From Chryseolinea sp. (lineage in GTDB: Bacteria > Bacteroidota > Bacteroidia > Cytophagales > Cyclobacteriaceae), in NCBI GenBank assembly GCA_041737945.1, contig JBGSQQ010000030.1, positions 139,253 to 203,252 on the forward strand: DNA of 64,000 bases, given 5' to 3'. The number at the start of each line of letters is the position of its first letter. Position 1 is the stretch's first letter. Of this stretch, positions 18,755-28,988 are shown piece after piece. Position numbers and translations under genes: made by a program. The notes under the pieces are model-generated. The model saw nothing but the letters and a program-made list of their open reading frames with translations, did not search any database and had not been told where the DNA came from.

Positions 18755-21163
18755 TTACCACTGCAGAACTATTTGTTCCCGGGTATACGGTATTTCAATT
18801 ACATGCACATCTTCATGCGGGGCCGGTTCGGGGTCATAGATCGGGTCAAACTTTTCAAGTGAGGAAAAGAACATGTTTCTATCCGGGTTGAGGCGATGGG
18901 AAGCACCATTTATCCGGATGTTTTGAGTTGAAGCAGCCAGGCCATGGAAAACCACTTTTAATACCTTTCGTGAAGTGACGTATTCGCCTTCAACAACAGA
19001 AAGCTGTACTTCCTGAAGATCAGCCCGATAGATAATGTCTCTTTTGCTAAACTGACCATCCAGGTAATCAAAGGTGGATCCGTCGTCTTCGTAGTATGTA
19101 AAGGAAGAGCTTTCTCCCAGGTATACATGCAGAATAAGTATATCGGAAATTTCCTTCGTGTGCGAGGTTACCGGCTGCATGGGGATAAGTGCTCCCGCTT
19201 TTACAAACACGGGAAGTTTGTGAATTGGGCACTCGAGTATTACTTCAGCGTTACCTCCGTATTTATGACCGTTGTAAAGTGAGTACCATTCGCCTGGCGG
19301 AAAATATACTTTTACAAAAGCCTTGTTACTTTCTACAGGTGCTACGAGAAAGTATGGGCCGAAGAGATACTGGTTGTAGAATTGTCCGTCGTATATTTTG
19401 TAATTGTGAGGATAGTCAATGACCAAAGAACGCTGAACAGGGAGTCCGGTCTTGCTGGCATCATAAAACAACGAATAGATATACGGAAGAATCTGGTACC
19501 TGAATTTGATGTAGTTTCTTGAAATCTGTTCCACTTCCTCACCGTACGCCCAGGGTTCTGAGTCACGGGAGTTGATCATCGAATGCCCTCTGAAGAAAGG
19601 AGAAAAAGCGCCAAGTGAAACCCATCGGGCAAAAAGCTTCGTGGTCGCGTCGCCTACAAATCCACCGACGTCATATCCGGCAAACGCAATTCCTCCGAGC
19701 CCTATATTAGATACCATTCTAACTCCCAGCATCATATGTTCATCATAGGCTACGTTATCACCTGTCCAGACAGCAGAATATCGTTGAATGCCCGAATAAC
19801 TTGATCTCGTTAAATTAAATGGGCGCTTGCCTCCCAGCAGGGCTTTAGTTCCTTCATAGGTGCTTCTTGCCATCTGAAATCCATAAATATTTCTGCCCCT
19901 TCTCAGCGTGGATTTCTGGCCTTCGAAATCCATCTCGATATTCTCCGGCAGCATATTACCCCACGTGGCAATTTCATTCATATCATTCCAATAGCCCTTG
20001 ACGCCTAGATTCACATATTCCTGGAATTGTTCTTTCCACCATTTCCGTGTTTTCGGGTTAGTGAAGTCAGGGAAGTGACACCAGCCAGGCCAGACTTGTC
20101 CGGAGTAATTGGAGCCGTCAGGATACTTGATAAAAACATCCTCCCTAATGCCGTCCTCGTAGGCTTGATAACCGTTCTCGATTTTTATTCCCGGGTCACA
20201 CATTACCACCACGTCGAAACCCATCGCCTTTAGCTGTTCAAACAGGCCTTTCGGGTCAGAGAAATCTTTTTTATTCCATGTAAATATTTTGTACTGCTCC
20301 ATGTAGTGGATGTCAAAAACAATTACATCAGACGGAATATCTTTATCTCGAAACGTCTTCGCCAGGGTCAGCACTTCTTTGTCGGGATAATAGCTGTAGC
20401 GGCATTGCTGGTATCCGATACTCCACAAGGGTGGAATTTCCATCCTGCCAGTGAGGTGAGTGTATTCCCGCAAAATTTCAGCAACAGAGTTGCCGTAGAT
20501 AAAGTAATAATTCATTTCTCCCGTGTCAGCAGAGAAACTCGAAAACCGGTTGTTTGAGGCGCCAAAGTTGAAGAACGACTTATGGGTGTTATCAAAAAAG
20601 ATTCCGTATTGAAGGTCGTGATGAATACCCAGATAAAAGGGTATCGAACTATATAGCGGATCCGTTGCAGGACCGTATGCATAACTGTCGGTATTCCAGT
20701 TTTGGTATCCGGATCCCTTTCGATCGACCGGCCCCGTTTTTTCACCGAGTCCGACAAATCGTTCACCATCCTGAAGCTTCTTGTACGTTGTTACCTGTTC
20801 TCCGTTCCAGCTGGTGCCAAAGGAAGGATCATCCTCATTTATGATTCGATGGTCCGTCGTTTTAAAGATAAACCTGACCGGACTTCTTGTGACAGTAAGC
20901 AACAGGTCTTCGGTCCGAACTTCAATCGCGTGGGGTTGCTCATCAATGGAAAAGCTTGCGGGCAAAGGTGTCGCGATTACGGCATAGGAAAAATCCTCGA
21001 AGAATGATTCCTGTGTTACACGGATCCGGATGATACGATCATTATAAACCTCAACATTGAACCTGCCCAGGTCTGTTTCCCCGATTAAACCGTGGGGTTG
21101 TCTTGACCATTTGGTGAGGTTACCAAGGCTTTTGCTGAGAGAGGAATTGAAAGAGCTGTTCAT
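18755..21163 (-). CDS. Glycoside hydrolase family 31 alpha-glucosidase
   Basis: WNDMNE nucleophile motif, WTGDN acid/base motif, FDIHYM, GAFSPFFRGH and QYLFG. Confidence 0.95.
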   Translation of the reverse strand: MNSSFNSSLSKSLGNLTKWSRQPHGLIGETDLGRFNVEVYNDRIIRIRVTQESFFEDFSYAVIATPLPASFSIDEQPHAIEVRTEDLLLTVTRSPVRFIFKTTDHRIINEDDPSFGTSWNGEQVTTYKKLQDGERFVGLGEKTGPVDRKGSGYQNWNTDSYAYGPATDPLYSSIPFYLGIHHDLQYGIFFDNTHKSFFNFGASNNRFSSFSADTGEMNYYFIYGNSVAEILREYTHLTGRMEIPPLWSIGYQQCRYSYYPDKEVLTLAKTFRDKDIPSDVIVFDIHYMEQYKIFTWNKKDFSDPKGLFEQLKAMGFDVVVMCDPGIKIENGYQAYEDGIREDVFIKYPDGSNYSGQVWPGWCHFPDFTNPKTRKWWKEQFQEYVNLGVKGYWNDMNEIATWGNMLPENIEMDFEGQKSTLRRGRNIYGFQMARSTYEGTKALLGGKRPFNLTRSSYSGIQRYSAVWTGDNVAYDEHMMLGVRMVSNIGLGGIAFAGYDVGGFVGDATTKLFARWVSLGAFSPFFRGHSMINSRDSEPWAYGEEVEQISRNYIKFRYQILPYIYSLFYDASKTGLPVQRSLVIDYPHNYKIYDGQFYNQYLFGPYFLVAPVESNKAFVKVYFPPGEWYSLYNGHKYGGNAEVILECPIHKLPVFVKAGALIPMQPVTSHTKEISDILILHVYLGESSSFTYYEDDGSTFDYLDGQFSKRDIIYRADLQEVQLSVVEGEYVTSRKVLKVVFHGLAASTQNIRINGASHRLNPDRNMFFSSLEKFDPIYDPEPAPHEDVHVIEIPYTREQIVLQW

Positions 21164-21238
21164 GACCGGGGCGAATTATCTTTTGAATTAAAGGATAATT
21201 ACCCACATTAATCCTAATCAGGGCAGCCACAAAAATCA

Positions 21239-21250
21239 GGAATCGATTGC
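21239..21250. promoter_or_regulatory. Candidate LacI-family operator upstream of GH31
   Basis: GGAATCGATTGC, a CG-centred AANCGNTT palindrome; similar sites lie at 22408 and 22520. Confidence 0.5.
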
Positions 21251-21261
21251 GGGAACAGGAT

Positions 21262-21297
21262 AAAAAATAAGCAGGGAGCGCCTGCCTATTTTTTTTA
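21262..21297 (-). terminator. Probable terminator of the lacI-type gene
   Basis: AAAAAATAAGCAGG-GAGCG-CCTGCCTATTTTTT hairpin at the stop codon. Confidence 0.6.
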
Positions 21298-22344
21298 CTT
21301 CTTGGCTTTGCCTTTTCGAAGAGAGGACTCACGGACAATCAGCCTGGTTTTCAGGATTTTTGTTTCGGGTGTCGGGTCTTCGTTATCCTTTGACTTGAAT
21401 TCGATTTGGCGGATGAGAAGTTTCGCTGCTTCCTGTCCCATTTCAAATCCGGGCTGATCGACCGAGGTCAGTGGTGGATCAAGCAAGGCACTGAAAAACC
21501 AGTTACTGAATCCAACAACGGCGATATCTTTTGGAATTTTCAAGTCAGCTTCTTTTATCGCTTGCATGGCGCCCATCGCTGCCGGATCGTTGGTTGCAAA
21601 AATAGCATCCGGCGGGTTTGACATTTTTAATAATTGCTCCGTTGCCGACTTACCTTCTTCAATAGTTCCCAGTGGGCAGGAGACGATAAGTTCTTTAAGG
21701 ACAGGTATCTGGTTTTCATTCAGCGCCTGAAGGTATCCTTCAAGGCGTTGTTTGGTGATGCCAAGGTTTGGAGGTCCTTCAAGATGGGCTATTCTTTTGC
21801 ATCCCTGATCAATAAGATGTTGGGTAGCCTCCTTCGCACCGCTGAGGTCGTCAACGATGACCATACTGGAGTTGGCATTTTCATACACCCGATCGAAAAA
21901 AACCATAGGCACTCCCTTCGCCAGGATACCTTCGATATGCTCGAAGCTATTGGTTTCGCGGGAAAGGGAAATTAACATACCATCTACCCTGCTATTAAAG
22001 AGAGTCTTTATGTTCATCTTCTCGCGTTGAAGGGATTCATTCGATTGAGTAATGATCACGTTGTAGCCAGCACCGTTGGCAACATCTTCGATACCGCTGA
22101 TTACGGTAGAAAAGAAAAAGTGAACCAATTCAGGAATAATAATACCGAGCGTGTTGGTTTTACTCTGCCTGAGACTGAGCGCCACGATGTTCGGTTGATA
22201 GTTCAGTTTGTCGGCCAGTTCATTTACGGCTTTCTTAGTCTGAGGGCTGATGTCGGGGTGATCCTTTAAGGCCCTGGAAACAGTAGACGGTGAGATCCCC
22301 AATTCACGGGCGATATCTTTGATGGTTACTTGATTGTACTTCAT
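21295..22344 (-). CDS. LacI/GalR-family transcriptional regulator
   Basis: VTIKDIARELGISPSTVSRAL HTH, YQPN..ALSL hinge and a periplasmic-binding-like effector domain. Probable start MKYNQ at 22344. Confidence 0.96.
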   Translation of the reverse strand: MKYNQVTIKDIARELGISPSTVSRALKDHPDISPQTKKAVNELADKLNYQPNIVALSLRQSKTNTLGIIIPELVHFFFSTVISGIEDVANGAGYNVIITQSNESLQREKMNIKTLFNSRVDGMLISLSRETNSFEHIEGILAKGVPMVFFDRVYENANSSMVIVDDLSGAKEATQHLIDQGCKRIAHLEGPPNLGITKQRLEGYLQALNENQIPVLKELIVSCPLGTIEEGKSATEQLLKMSNPPDAIFATNDPAAMGAMQAIKEADLKIPKDIAVVGFSNWFFSALLDPPLTSVDQPGFEMGQEAAKLLIRQIEFKSKDNEDPTPETKILKTRLIVRESSLRKGKAKK

Positions 22345-22407
22345 GCTGCAAGATTGAAAAAACAAATGATAATCACCGCAACGAGTCCGCAATTTATTTA
22401 AAAGAAT

Positions 22408-22543
22408 CGCAAACGATTGCGTAAGGGAAATAAGCTCGGAAGTAACCAAGCTGGTGCCAAACGGCGGATTTAGGGGTAATTTGAGCCTATGGTGTTATAA
22501 ATGGTACTAGTTAGTTACCGGAAACGTTTGCGACATCGATTCC
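22408..22543. promoter_or_regulatory. Candidate LacI operators in the lacI/susC divergent promoter
   Basis: CGCAAACGATTGCG (22408-22421), GGAAACGTTTGC (22520-22531) and GACATCGATTCC (22532-22543). Confidence 0.5.
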
Positions 22544-22671
22544 TGCAATAATAACTGGTTTTTTTTAGGTAGAGTTACAGAAGTTATTCCTACTTTGAGA
22601 GTTGAATTGCAAACGTGTGTTTAGTACACGCGGGAGATTCGAGTAAATTAATTTAACCCAAACTAAACCGT

Positions 22672-25665
22672 ATGAGAAAATTTTATCTGTCATTAAGCAG
22701 GTATGCAACGGTCCTACTTGTCCTTGTTTCCAGCGCAGCCTGGTCGCAAAGTAAGACCGTGACCGGAAAAGTGACGTCGGCGGACGATGATTCGGCGATT
22801 CCAGGTGTAAACATCCTGGAAAAAGGAACAAGTAATGGAACGGTCACTGATGCTGAAGGAAATTACAGTATTGCAGTCGGGACCAATTCAACCCTTGTTT
22901 TTTCATTTGTGGGCTATGCTTCGACTGAAGTGGTTGTTGGAAACCAGTCTACTGTCAATGTAACCCTGAATCTGGATGTGACGTCACTTTCTGAAATTGT
23001 GGTAACCGGTTACGGTACACAGGAAAAGAAAGAACTTACGAGTTCGGTGACCAGTATCAAGTCGAAGGACTTTAACGTGGGTACGGTGAACGACCCGGCA
23101 CAATTACTTCAGGGTAAAGTTGCGGGCCTTAACATTGTAAAGCCTGGTAATGACCCCAACGGAACCTATAACATCCGCCTTCGAGGTATTGCCAGCTTTG
23201 GTGCCAATACGGAGCCACTAATTGTAATTGACGGAGTTATCGGGGGATCCCTTAATACGGTTGACCCCAATGATATAGCTTCTATCGATGTTTTGAAAGA
23301 TGGATCTGCTGCTGCGATTTACGGTTCAAGAGGAGGTAGCGGTGTAATCCTGGTCACGACGAAGACCGGTAAGTCAGGAAAAATGGTCGTGGACTACAAC
23401 GGATCGTTTGCTGTTGAGCAGGTCGCCAACACGATTGATATCATGTCGGCAGAGGAATACAGAGCATTACCTTTTGCTGCTGATATTAGGGATTTCGGAG
23501 CGAGCACAGACTGGTTTAAAGAGGTGACAGGAACTGGTAGTTACCAGGTTCATAACATATCACTGGCAGGGGGTGCTGGAGGTACTACGTATCGGGGTTC
23601 ATTTAACATCCGTGATGCGCAGGGTATTGCCATCAACTCAGGCTTCAACCAAATAAACGGTCGTTTCAACCTTACCCAGAAAGCACTAAACGACAAGGCA
23701 ACGTTCACGGTTAACTTGTCAACGACAAGAAAAGAAGCAGAGTATGGCTTCCTCGAGTCGCTTAGGTATGCCGTTATCTCCAACCCTACCTTACCAGTAT
23801 TTGCTACTCCTGATACAGAAGTTGGAAATTTTGGCGGGTACGCTGAACGCGGTATTTTTGATTACTTTAATCCTGTATCGATCGCCCAACAAAATAAGAG
23901 TGATGGAACGGATTCACGGCTGCTTTATAGCCTGAGGGCAGAATATGATTTTAGCGACCTACTTCCAGGTTTACGGGCTGCTGCTTTTTACTCGCAACAA
24001 AATGAATCAGAAATTCGTGGCCAATACTTTGCGAAAACTTCCAAGTGGACTGGCTCCAACCGAAATGGACTAGCAAACCGTCTCACGGAACAGAAGAACA
24101 ACGAACTTTTTGAAGTTACGGTCGACTACGATAAAGACCTTGGATCTACAAACATACACGTCCTGGGTGGATATTCGTATCAGTATTTCTTCAACGAGGG
24201 CTTTGGTTTGCAGGGAGGTAACTTCCTGACGGATGCATTCACCTATAATAATATTGCTGCCGCACAAGACTTCAATAATGGTTTAGGTCAGACTGTCAGC
24301 TATGCCAATTCGAATACTTTAGTGGCCTTCTTTGGAAGAGTAAATGCTAATATTGGCAACAACTACTTTGTGTCTGCAAGTGCCCGTTATGAAGGTTCAT
24401 CCCGCTTTGGCGAAAATGAAAAGTGGGGACTCTTCCCTGCCGTCAGTGCCGGCGTTACCCTAAGTAATTTGGTAGAGATCCCTACCGTTAATTCACTGAA
24501 ATTGCGTGCCAGTTATGGTGTGACAGGAAATCAGCCGCGTGATTCCTATATATCGCTGCAGCGGTTTGGTCAGACCGGAAATTTCTTCTATAACGGCGCA
24601 TACGGACCAAGCTACGGACCGGTTAGTAATGCTAACCCGGATTTGAGATGGGAGACAAAAGCAGAATTTGACTTTGGGGTCGATTGGTCAATGCTGGATA
24701 ACCGGCTTACTGGTACCATGGATTATTATGTCCGGGACACCAGGGACTTGTTGTTGGAGGTTGATGTTCCTGTTCCGCCAAATTTATTCGGACGGACCCT
24801 TGTTAACATCGGTGAACTGAGGAACACAGGTTTTGAATTTGCGGCTAGTTATCTGGCGATCAACAAACCAAACCTGACATGGACAACGTCTGCCAATTTT
24901 GCAACGATGGCCAGCAAGGTAGTTAGTTTGAGCAAAGGTGATTTGAGTGTTGGAGAGGCTGGCGTGTTATACCGGGCGAACATGGGTTCTCCAGGTCAAA
25001 ACACCACAAACCTTGTACGCGTGAAGGAAGGTGACAAGCTGGGCCAGATCTGGAGTGTTGTCGTAGAGGAGATTAATCCAAACGGAACACTGAAGCTTAA
25101 GGACCTTAACGGAGACGGCAGCTTCTGTACCTGCGACGATGACAGGCAGGTAAACGGAAACGGTCTTCCGGACTTTACTATTGGATGGAATAACCAATTC
25201 ACCTTTGGTAACTGGGATGCGACGATCTTCCTGAGAGGTTCTTTTGGACATGACTTGTTCAATAGCTACAGAGGTTTCTATGAAAACACCGAACCGACGA
25301 CAGTGATTAATTACAACGTTGTCAATACAAAGCACTTTGACCCTGCTGTAAGAAACGCGTTAGCAAATGATACCCATGTCGAGGATGCCAGCTTTGTTAA
25401 GTTGGATAACATGTCAATTGGTTATACTTTTCCTTTGCAGAGTAAAGCGGTTAGCAGATTCAGAGTTTATGCGGCAGCGCAGAACTTGTTCGTAATAACG
25501 GACTATACGGGTGTGGATCCTGAAGTACGGTATGTTGATACACAGGACGTGGATCCAAACGGGTTTTTCACTGCTGACCCTGATCCTCTTTCCTCCGGTA
25601 TAGAGAGACGGTCAACTTATTTCACAGCGCGGACGTTTACCTTTGGCGTAAACCTTTCCTTTTAA
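22672..25665 (+). CDS. SusC/RagA family TonB-dependent transporter
   Basis: CarboxypepD_reg-like N-domain, EIVVTGYGTQ, PLIVIDG, IDVLKDGSAAAIYGSRGGSGVILVTTK, and a C-terminal F. Confidence 0.97.
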   Translation: MRKFYLSLSRYATVLLVLVSSAAWSQSKTVTGKVTSADDDSAIPGVNILEKGTSNGTVTDAEGNYSIAVGTNSTLVFSFVGYASTEVVVGNQSTVNVTLNLDVTSLSEIVVTGYGTQEKKELTSSVTSIKSKDFNVGTVNDPAQLLQGKVAGLNIVKPGNDPNGTYNIRLRGIASFGANTEPLIVIDGVIGGSLNTVDPNDIASIDVLKDGSAAAIYGSRGGSGVILVTTKTGKSGKMVVDYNGSFAVEQVANTIDIMSAEEYRALPFAADIRDFGASTDWFKEVTGTGSYQVHNISLAGGAGGTTYRGSFNIRDAQGIAINSGFNQINGRFNLTQKALNDKATFTVNLSTTRKEAEYGFLESLRYAVISNPTLPVFATPDTEVGNFGGYAERGIFDYFNPVSIAQQNKSDGTDSRLLYSLRAEYDFSDLLPGLRAAAFYSQQNESEIRGQYFAKTSKWTGSNRNGLANRLTEQKNNELFEVTVDYDKDLGSTNIHVLGGYSYQYFFNEGFGLQGGNFLTDAFTYNNIAAAQDFNNGLGQTVSYANSNTLVAFFGRVNANIGNNYFVSASARYEGSSRFGENEKWGLFPAVSAGVTLSNLVEIPTVNSLKLRASYGVTGNQPRDSYISLQRFGQTGNFFYNGAYGPSYGPVSNANPDLRWETKAEFDFGVDWSMLDNRLTGTMDYYVRDTRDLLLEVDVPVPPNLFGRTLVNIGELRNTGFEFAASYLAINKPNLTWTTSANFATMASKVVSLSKGDLSVGEAGVLYRANMGSPGQNTTNLVRVKEGDKLGQIWSVVVEEINPNGTLKLKDLNGDGSFCTCDDDRQVNGNGLPDFTIGWNNQFTFGNWDATIFLRGSFGHDLFNSYRGFYENTEPTTVINYNVVNTKHFDPAVRNALANDTHVEDASFVKLDNMSIGYTFPLQSKAVSRFRVYAAAQNLFVITDYTGVDPEVRYVDTQDVDPNGFFTADPDPLSSGIERRSTYFTARTFTFGVNLSF

Positions 25666-25672
25666 TTAATTA

Positions 25673-27313
25673 ATGATACAGAATATGAAAAAATCACGTA
25701 TAAGACGAATACTGATGGTAGGGATGGGCATAATGTTCTTCTCCTTATCGTGTACAGATCTTGAAGAGGAACTGTACAGTACCGTGACGGCTGATAACTT
25801 CTTTAAAACGCCGGATGAATTTATTGCTGCCCTGGGGCAGGCATACTCTTCTTTAGGAGGCATTGGAGGCCACACGGGGTTATGGTCATTGAATGAAGTT
25901 GCTTCTGATCAGCTGGTCATTTGTCAAAAAGGCGGCGACTGGTTTGATGGTGGATTGCCCATACAGGCGCATCAGCATAAATGGGATATAGCATTCGGAT
26001 GGTGTAACAATGCATGGGGTTTTATCTACGGCGGTATAAATACTTGCAACCGTCTCATCTTTCAATTCGAGTCATTGGGAACCCCAGAGGCTGAAGCTTT
26101 TATCGCAGAGCTTAGAGCCGTTCGTGCCCTGTATTACTATTGGGGAGTGGACGCTTTTGGAAATATACCGCTTGTGGTTGATTTTACGGATACCAGCAAG
26201 CCTTCAACTACGTTGAATTCGCGCAAGCAGATTTACGATTTTATCGAAGCCGAGTTGACTGAAATAATTCCAATTCTTCCTACTCAGAGAGATGCTTCGA
26301 CGTATGGTCGTATGACGAAATGGTCGGCGTTGGCTATCCGTGCTAAACTTTACCTGAATGCTGAAGTGTTTACCGGAACTCAACAGTGGCAGAAGGCTGC
26401 TGATGATGCAAAGAATATCATTGACAACGGAGGGTATACACTGGAAACCAGTTACAAGGCAAATTTTGCTGCCAACAACATTGGGTCAAAGGAAAACATA
26501 TTTGTCTATCCCTTTGACAAAGTTTTTGCGCGGGGATTTAACTGGATTGCCATGACGCTTTCGGTTGCCAGCAGGCCTACCTACAACCTTACTTTCCAAC
26601 CCTGGAACGGATATCAGACCGTGGAAGAGTTCTACAATTCTTATATAGACCCTGTCAAGAACCCTGGCCCGCAAGGTCCGGTTTGGAAGGGGTTGACAAA
26701 GGACACTGCTCCTGCCGACGGAATTTCTGACGACATTGGTACAGTAGATGCCAGGTTATCGAATTTCCTTTTAGGTCCTCAATACAATCAGGACGGAACC
26801 CGAACGCTGGATGGCGGTGCTGAAGCGACTGATTTCGATGGACCGCCGGTCACATTTACGCCGCAACTTAACGAGATCCAACCAAATGGATTGCGTCAGG
26901 CCGGGGGCCGCATTGGAAAGTATGAGTTTGAGGTGGGATCTACCGAGAACATGAGTAATGACTTTGTTATTTTCCGATTGGCAGATATCATTCTTACCCG
27001 GGCCGAAGCATTGCATCGGCTGACTCCGGGGTCCCCTGAGGCTCTGGTATTGGTGAACACCTTACGTGACCGCGCCGGAGTGGATCCTTTTGTTGCGCTC
27101 ACGGATGATTTGTTGTATGAGGAACGCGGAAGAGAAATGTATGCGGAGATGACGCGTCGCCAGGATCAGATCAGGTTCGGCAAGTGGGACGATGCATGGT
27201 GGGAAAAACCAGCCAGCACAGATACACAAAAGCTGTTTCCGATTCCTAAAGCACAGCGTGATATAAATGAAGGTCTGATCCAGAATCCTGGATACCCTGG
27301 ATCTGGTGGATAA
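25673..27313 (+). CDS. SusD/RagB family glycan-binding outer-membrane lipoprotein
   Basis: Lipobox LSC, EL...RALYY, GNIPL, FRLADIILTRAEA, ERGREMYAE..RRQDQIRFG and QNPGY. Confidence 0.96.
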   Translation: MIQNMKKSRIRRILMVGMGIMFFSLSCTDLEEELYSTVTADNFFKTPDEFIAALGQAYSSLGGIGGHTGLWSLNEVASDQLVICQKGGDWFDGGLPIQAHQHKWDIAFGWCNNAWGFIYGGINTCNRLIFQFESLGTPEAEAFIAELRAVRALYYYWGVDAFGNIPLVVDFTDTSKPSTTLNSRKQIYDFIEAELTEIIPILPTQRDASTYGRMTKWSALAIRAKLYLNAEVFTGTQQWQKAADDAKNIIDNGGYTLETSYKANFAANNIGSKENIFVYPFDKVFARGFNWIAMTLSVASRPTYNLTFQPWNGYQTVEEFYNSYIDPVKNPGPQGPVWKGLTKDTAPADGISDDIGTVDARLSNFLLGPQYNQDGTRTLDGGAEATDFDGPPVTFTPQLNEIQPNGLRQAGGRIGKYEFEVGSTENMSNDFVIFRLADIILTRAEALHRLTPGSPEALVLVNTLRDRAGVDPFVALTDDLLYEERGREMYAEMTRRQDQIRFGKWDDAWWEKPASTDTQKLFPIPKAQRDINEGLIQNPGYPGSGG

Positions 27314-27330
27314 GTATATTTAACTCTAAC

Positions 27331-27364
27331 AAAAAAGCAAATAGCGAAGGCTATTTGCTTTTTT
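27331..27364 (+). terminator. Rho-independent terminator after susD
   Basis: AAAAAAGCAAATAGC-GAAG-GCTATTTGCTTTTTT perfect hairpin. Confidence 0.9.
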
Positions 27365-27413
27365 GTTTCTGGACGTTTGTCGGGATGAGCTAGCCTCACC
27401 CCTGCCTACCGGC

Positions 27414-28988
27414 CATAGCCGTCAGGCTAATTTGTTAAGTAATTGATGATGAGGAGGAAAAAAGAGTTTAGTGCGTAGAATCCCGTTTGGGATTCAATGT
27501 CTTTCTTCCCATTTTTATATAGTTTTTATTTTTAGAAGGGGCGGGGTTTTTCAACCATTCCAATCCGCCCTTTCTTTCTCTTCAAAGATACAATCGATTA
27601 GCGGAGAAGTCGACAGAACCCAAGGATTTTACAACAAAAAATGCCTCTAGTTTGGCTCTGGCTCTTGTCAAATTTTTTGATCGTAAAACAATTTGGGAGT
27701 TAGCGCGGGCGACCAAATTCATTCAACGTAAATCCAAACTTTGTGCGGTGAAATTCCTTACCACATTGATGTTTGTACACCAACAAGGCAAAGATTTGAG
27801 TTTGCTCGACATCTGTGGTGACTTTTACACCCAACATGGTTTGCAGGTGAGAAAGCAATCTGTTCAGGAGCGGTTTAATGAACGCGCAGTTGCTTTTATG
27901 AAATCCATGTTGTGTAAACTGATGGAGAGCCAGCTTAACCTCACTGGCAAAGAAGAAAGGTTATCGTTTTTCAATCGGGTAAGGATTAAAGACTCCACAC
28001 GTTTTACATTACCTGCTGCTTATACCCAGTCCTATTCGGGAATGGGTGGTGCCCTTCTTAACAATGAATCAATGATTAGTATTCAATATGAATACGATCT
28101 GTTATCGGGTTCTACACTGGACTTGCGGTTAACCAATGGTACACGAAACGATCAACGTGATGCAAAAGAAAACACCCATGACATTGCTGAAAATGATTTG
28201 TTCATAAGAGATCTTGGTTACTCAACTACGAGCTATTTAAAACAGATTGTTGTTGGTAAAGCATATTTCTTAAATCGTTTGGGCCCACAACTGAATGTAT
28301 ATGAGGTAGGAAGGAAGGGCGAAGAGATAGACTTTTCAAAATGCAGGAAGAAAATAAAGAAACACAAGCTTCCCTATCTACATTACAATGTTGTTGTTGG
28401 CAAGGAGGCCCTGATACCTTGCCGATTAATTATCTATCCGGTAGACCAGGCTACCTATGAAAAGAGAGTACGTAAAACCACAAAACAAGCCAATGGCTAT
28501 GGATATCAAGTGTCCGATAACTTTAAATGCCGGGCTCAATTAAATCTTTATATCACCAACGTACCTGAAGAGAATTTGCCTTCCCATGTCGTCAAGAAAA
28601 CCTATGGCTTACGCTGGCAAATAGAATTGTTCTTTAAAGTATGGAAGACGCAAGCCAGGATAGATACGGTCAAGGGAATGAAAATCCACAGATTTGAATG
28701 CCAGTTGATCGCCAAATTATTATGGCTGGTGATCCAATGGAAAATATTTCGATTTGCCACAAAAAGTATAAGTGACACGCATCGTGGAGAATCCTGCAGT
28801 ATATGGAAATACTTCAAGCATGCATACAGGATAAATTCAATATTCAGAACTATATTAACAAAACCCCAAAAATTGATATGTTTGTTACTAGACGTAGCTA
28901 GGATAGCTCTTACCCAGTTTAAACTAGAAGAAAGGGATTGTAAGACTTCGCATCATAAAGCACTTCAAGTCTTAGCCTGACGGCTATG
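27414..28988 (+). mobile_element. IS4-family insertion sequence, 1575 bp (CAT-starting ends, IS231/ISH8-like)
   Basis: Perfect 17-bp inverted repeats CATAGCCGTCAGGCTAA (27414-27430 and 28972-28988) enclosing a DDE transposase. Confidence 0.92.
27652..28980 (+). CDS. IS4-family DDE transposase
   Basis: RIKDSTRF (D), FIRDLGY (D) and YGLRWQIELFFKVWK (YREK motif). The stop codon lies inside the right IR; the start codon is uncertain (TTG). Confidence 0.93.
   Translation: MALALVKFFDRKTIWELARATKFIQRKSKLCAVKFLTTLMFVHQQGKDLSLLDICGDFYTQHGLQVRKQSVQERFNERAVAFMKSMLCKLMESQLNLTGKEERLSFFNRVRIKDSTRFTLPAAYTQSYSGMGGALLNNESMISIQYEYDLLSGSTLDLRLTNGTRNDQRDAKENTHDIAENDLFIRDLGYSTTSYLKQIVVGKAYFLNRLGPQLNVYEVGRKGEEIDFSKCRKKIKKHKLPYLHYNVVVGKEALIPCRLIIYPVDQATYEKRVRKTTKQANGYGYQVSDNFKCRAQLNLYITNVPEENLPSHVVKKTYGLRWQIELFFKVWKTQARIDTVKGMKIHRFECQLIAKLLWLVIQWKIFRFATKSISDTHRGESCSIWKYFKHAYRINSIFRTILTKPQKLICLLLDVARIALTQFKLEERDCKTSHHKALQVLA

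Noticed and set aside
27313-27414. IS4 truncating the SusCD locus
   Set aside because: A perfect terminator directly follows susD before the IS, so the operon appears to end naturally.
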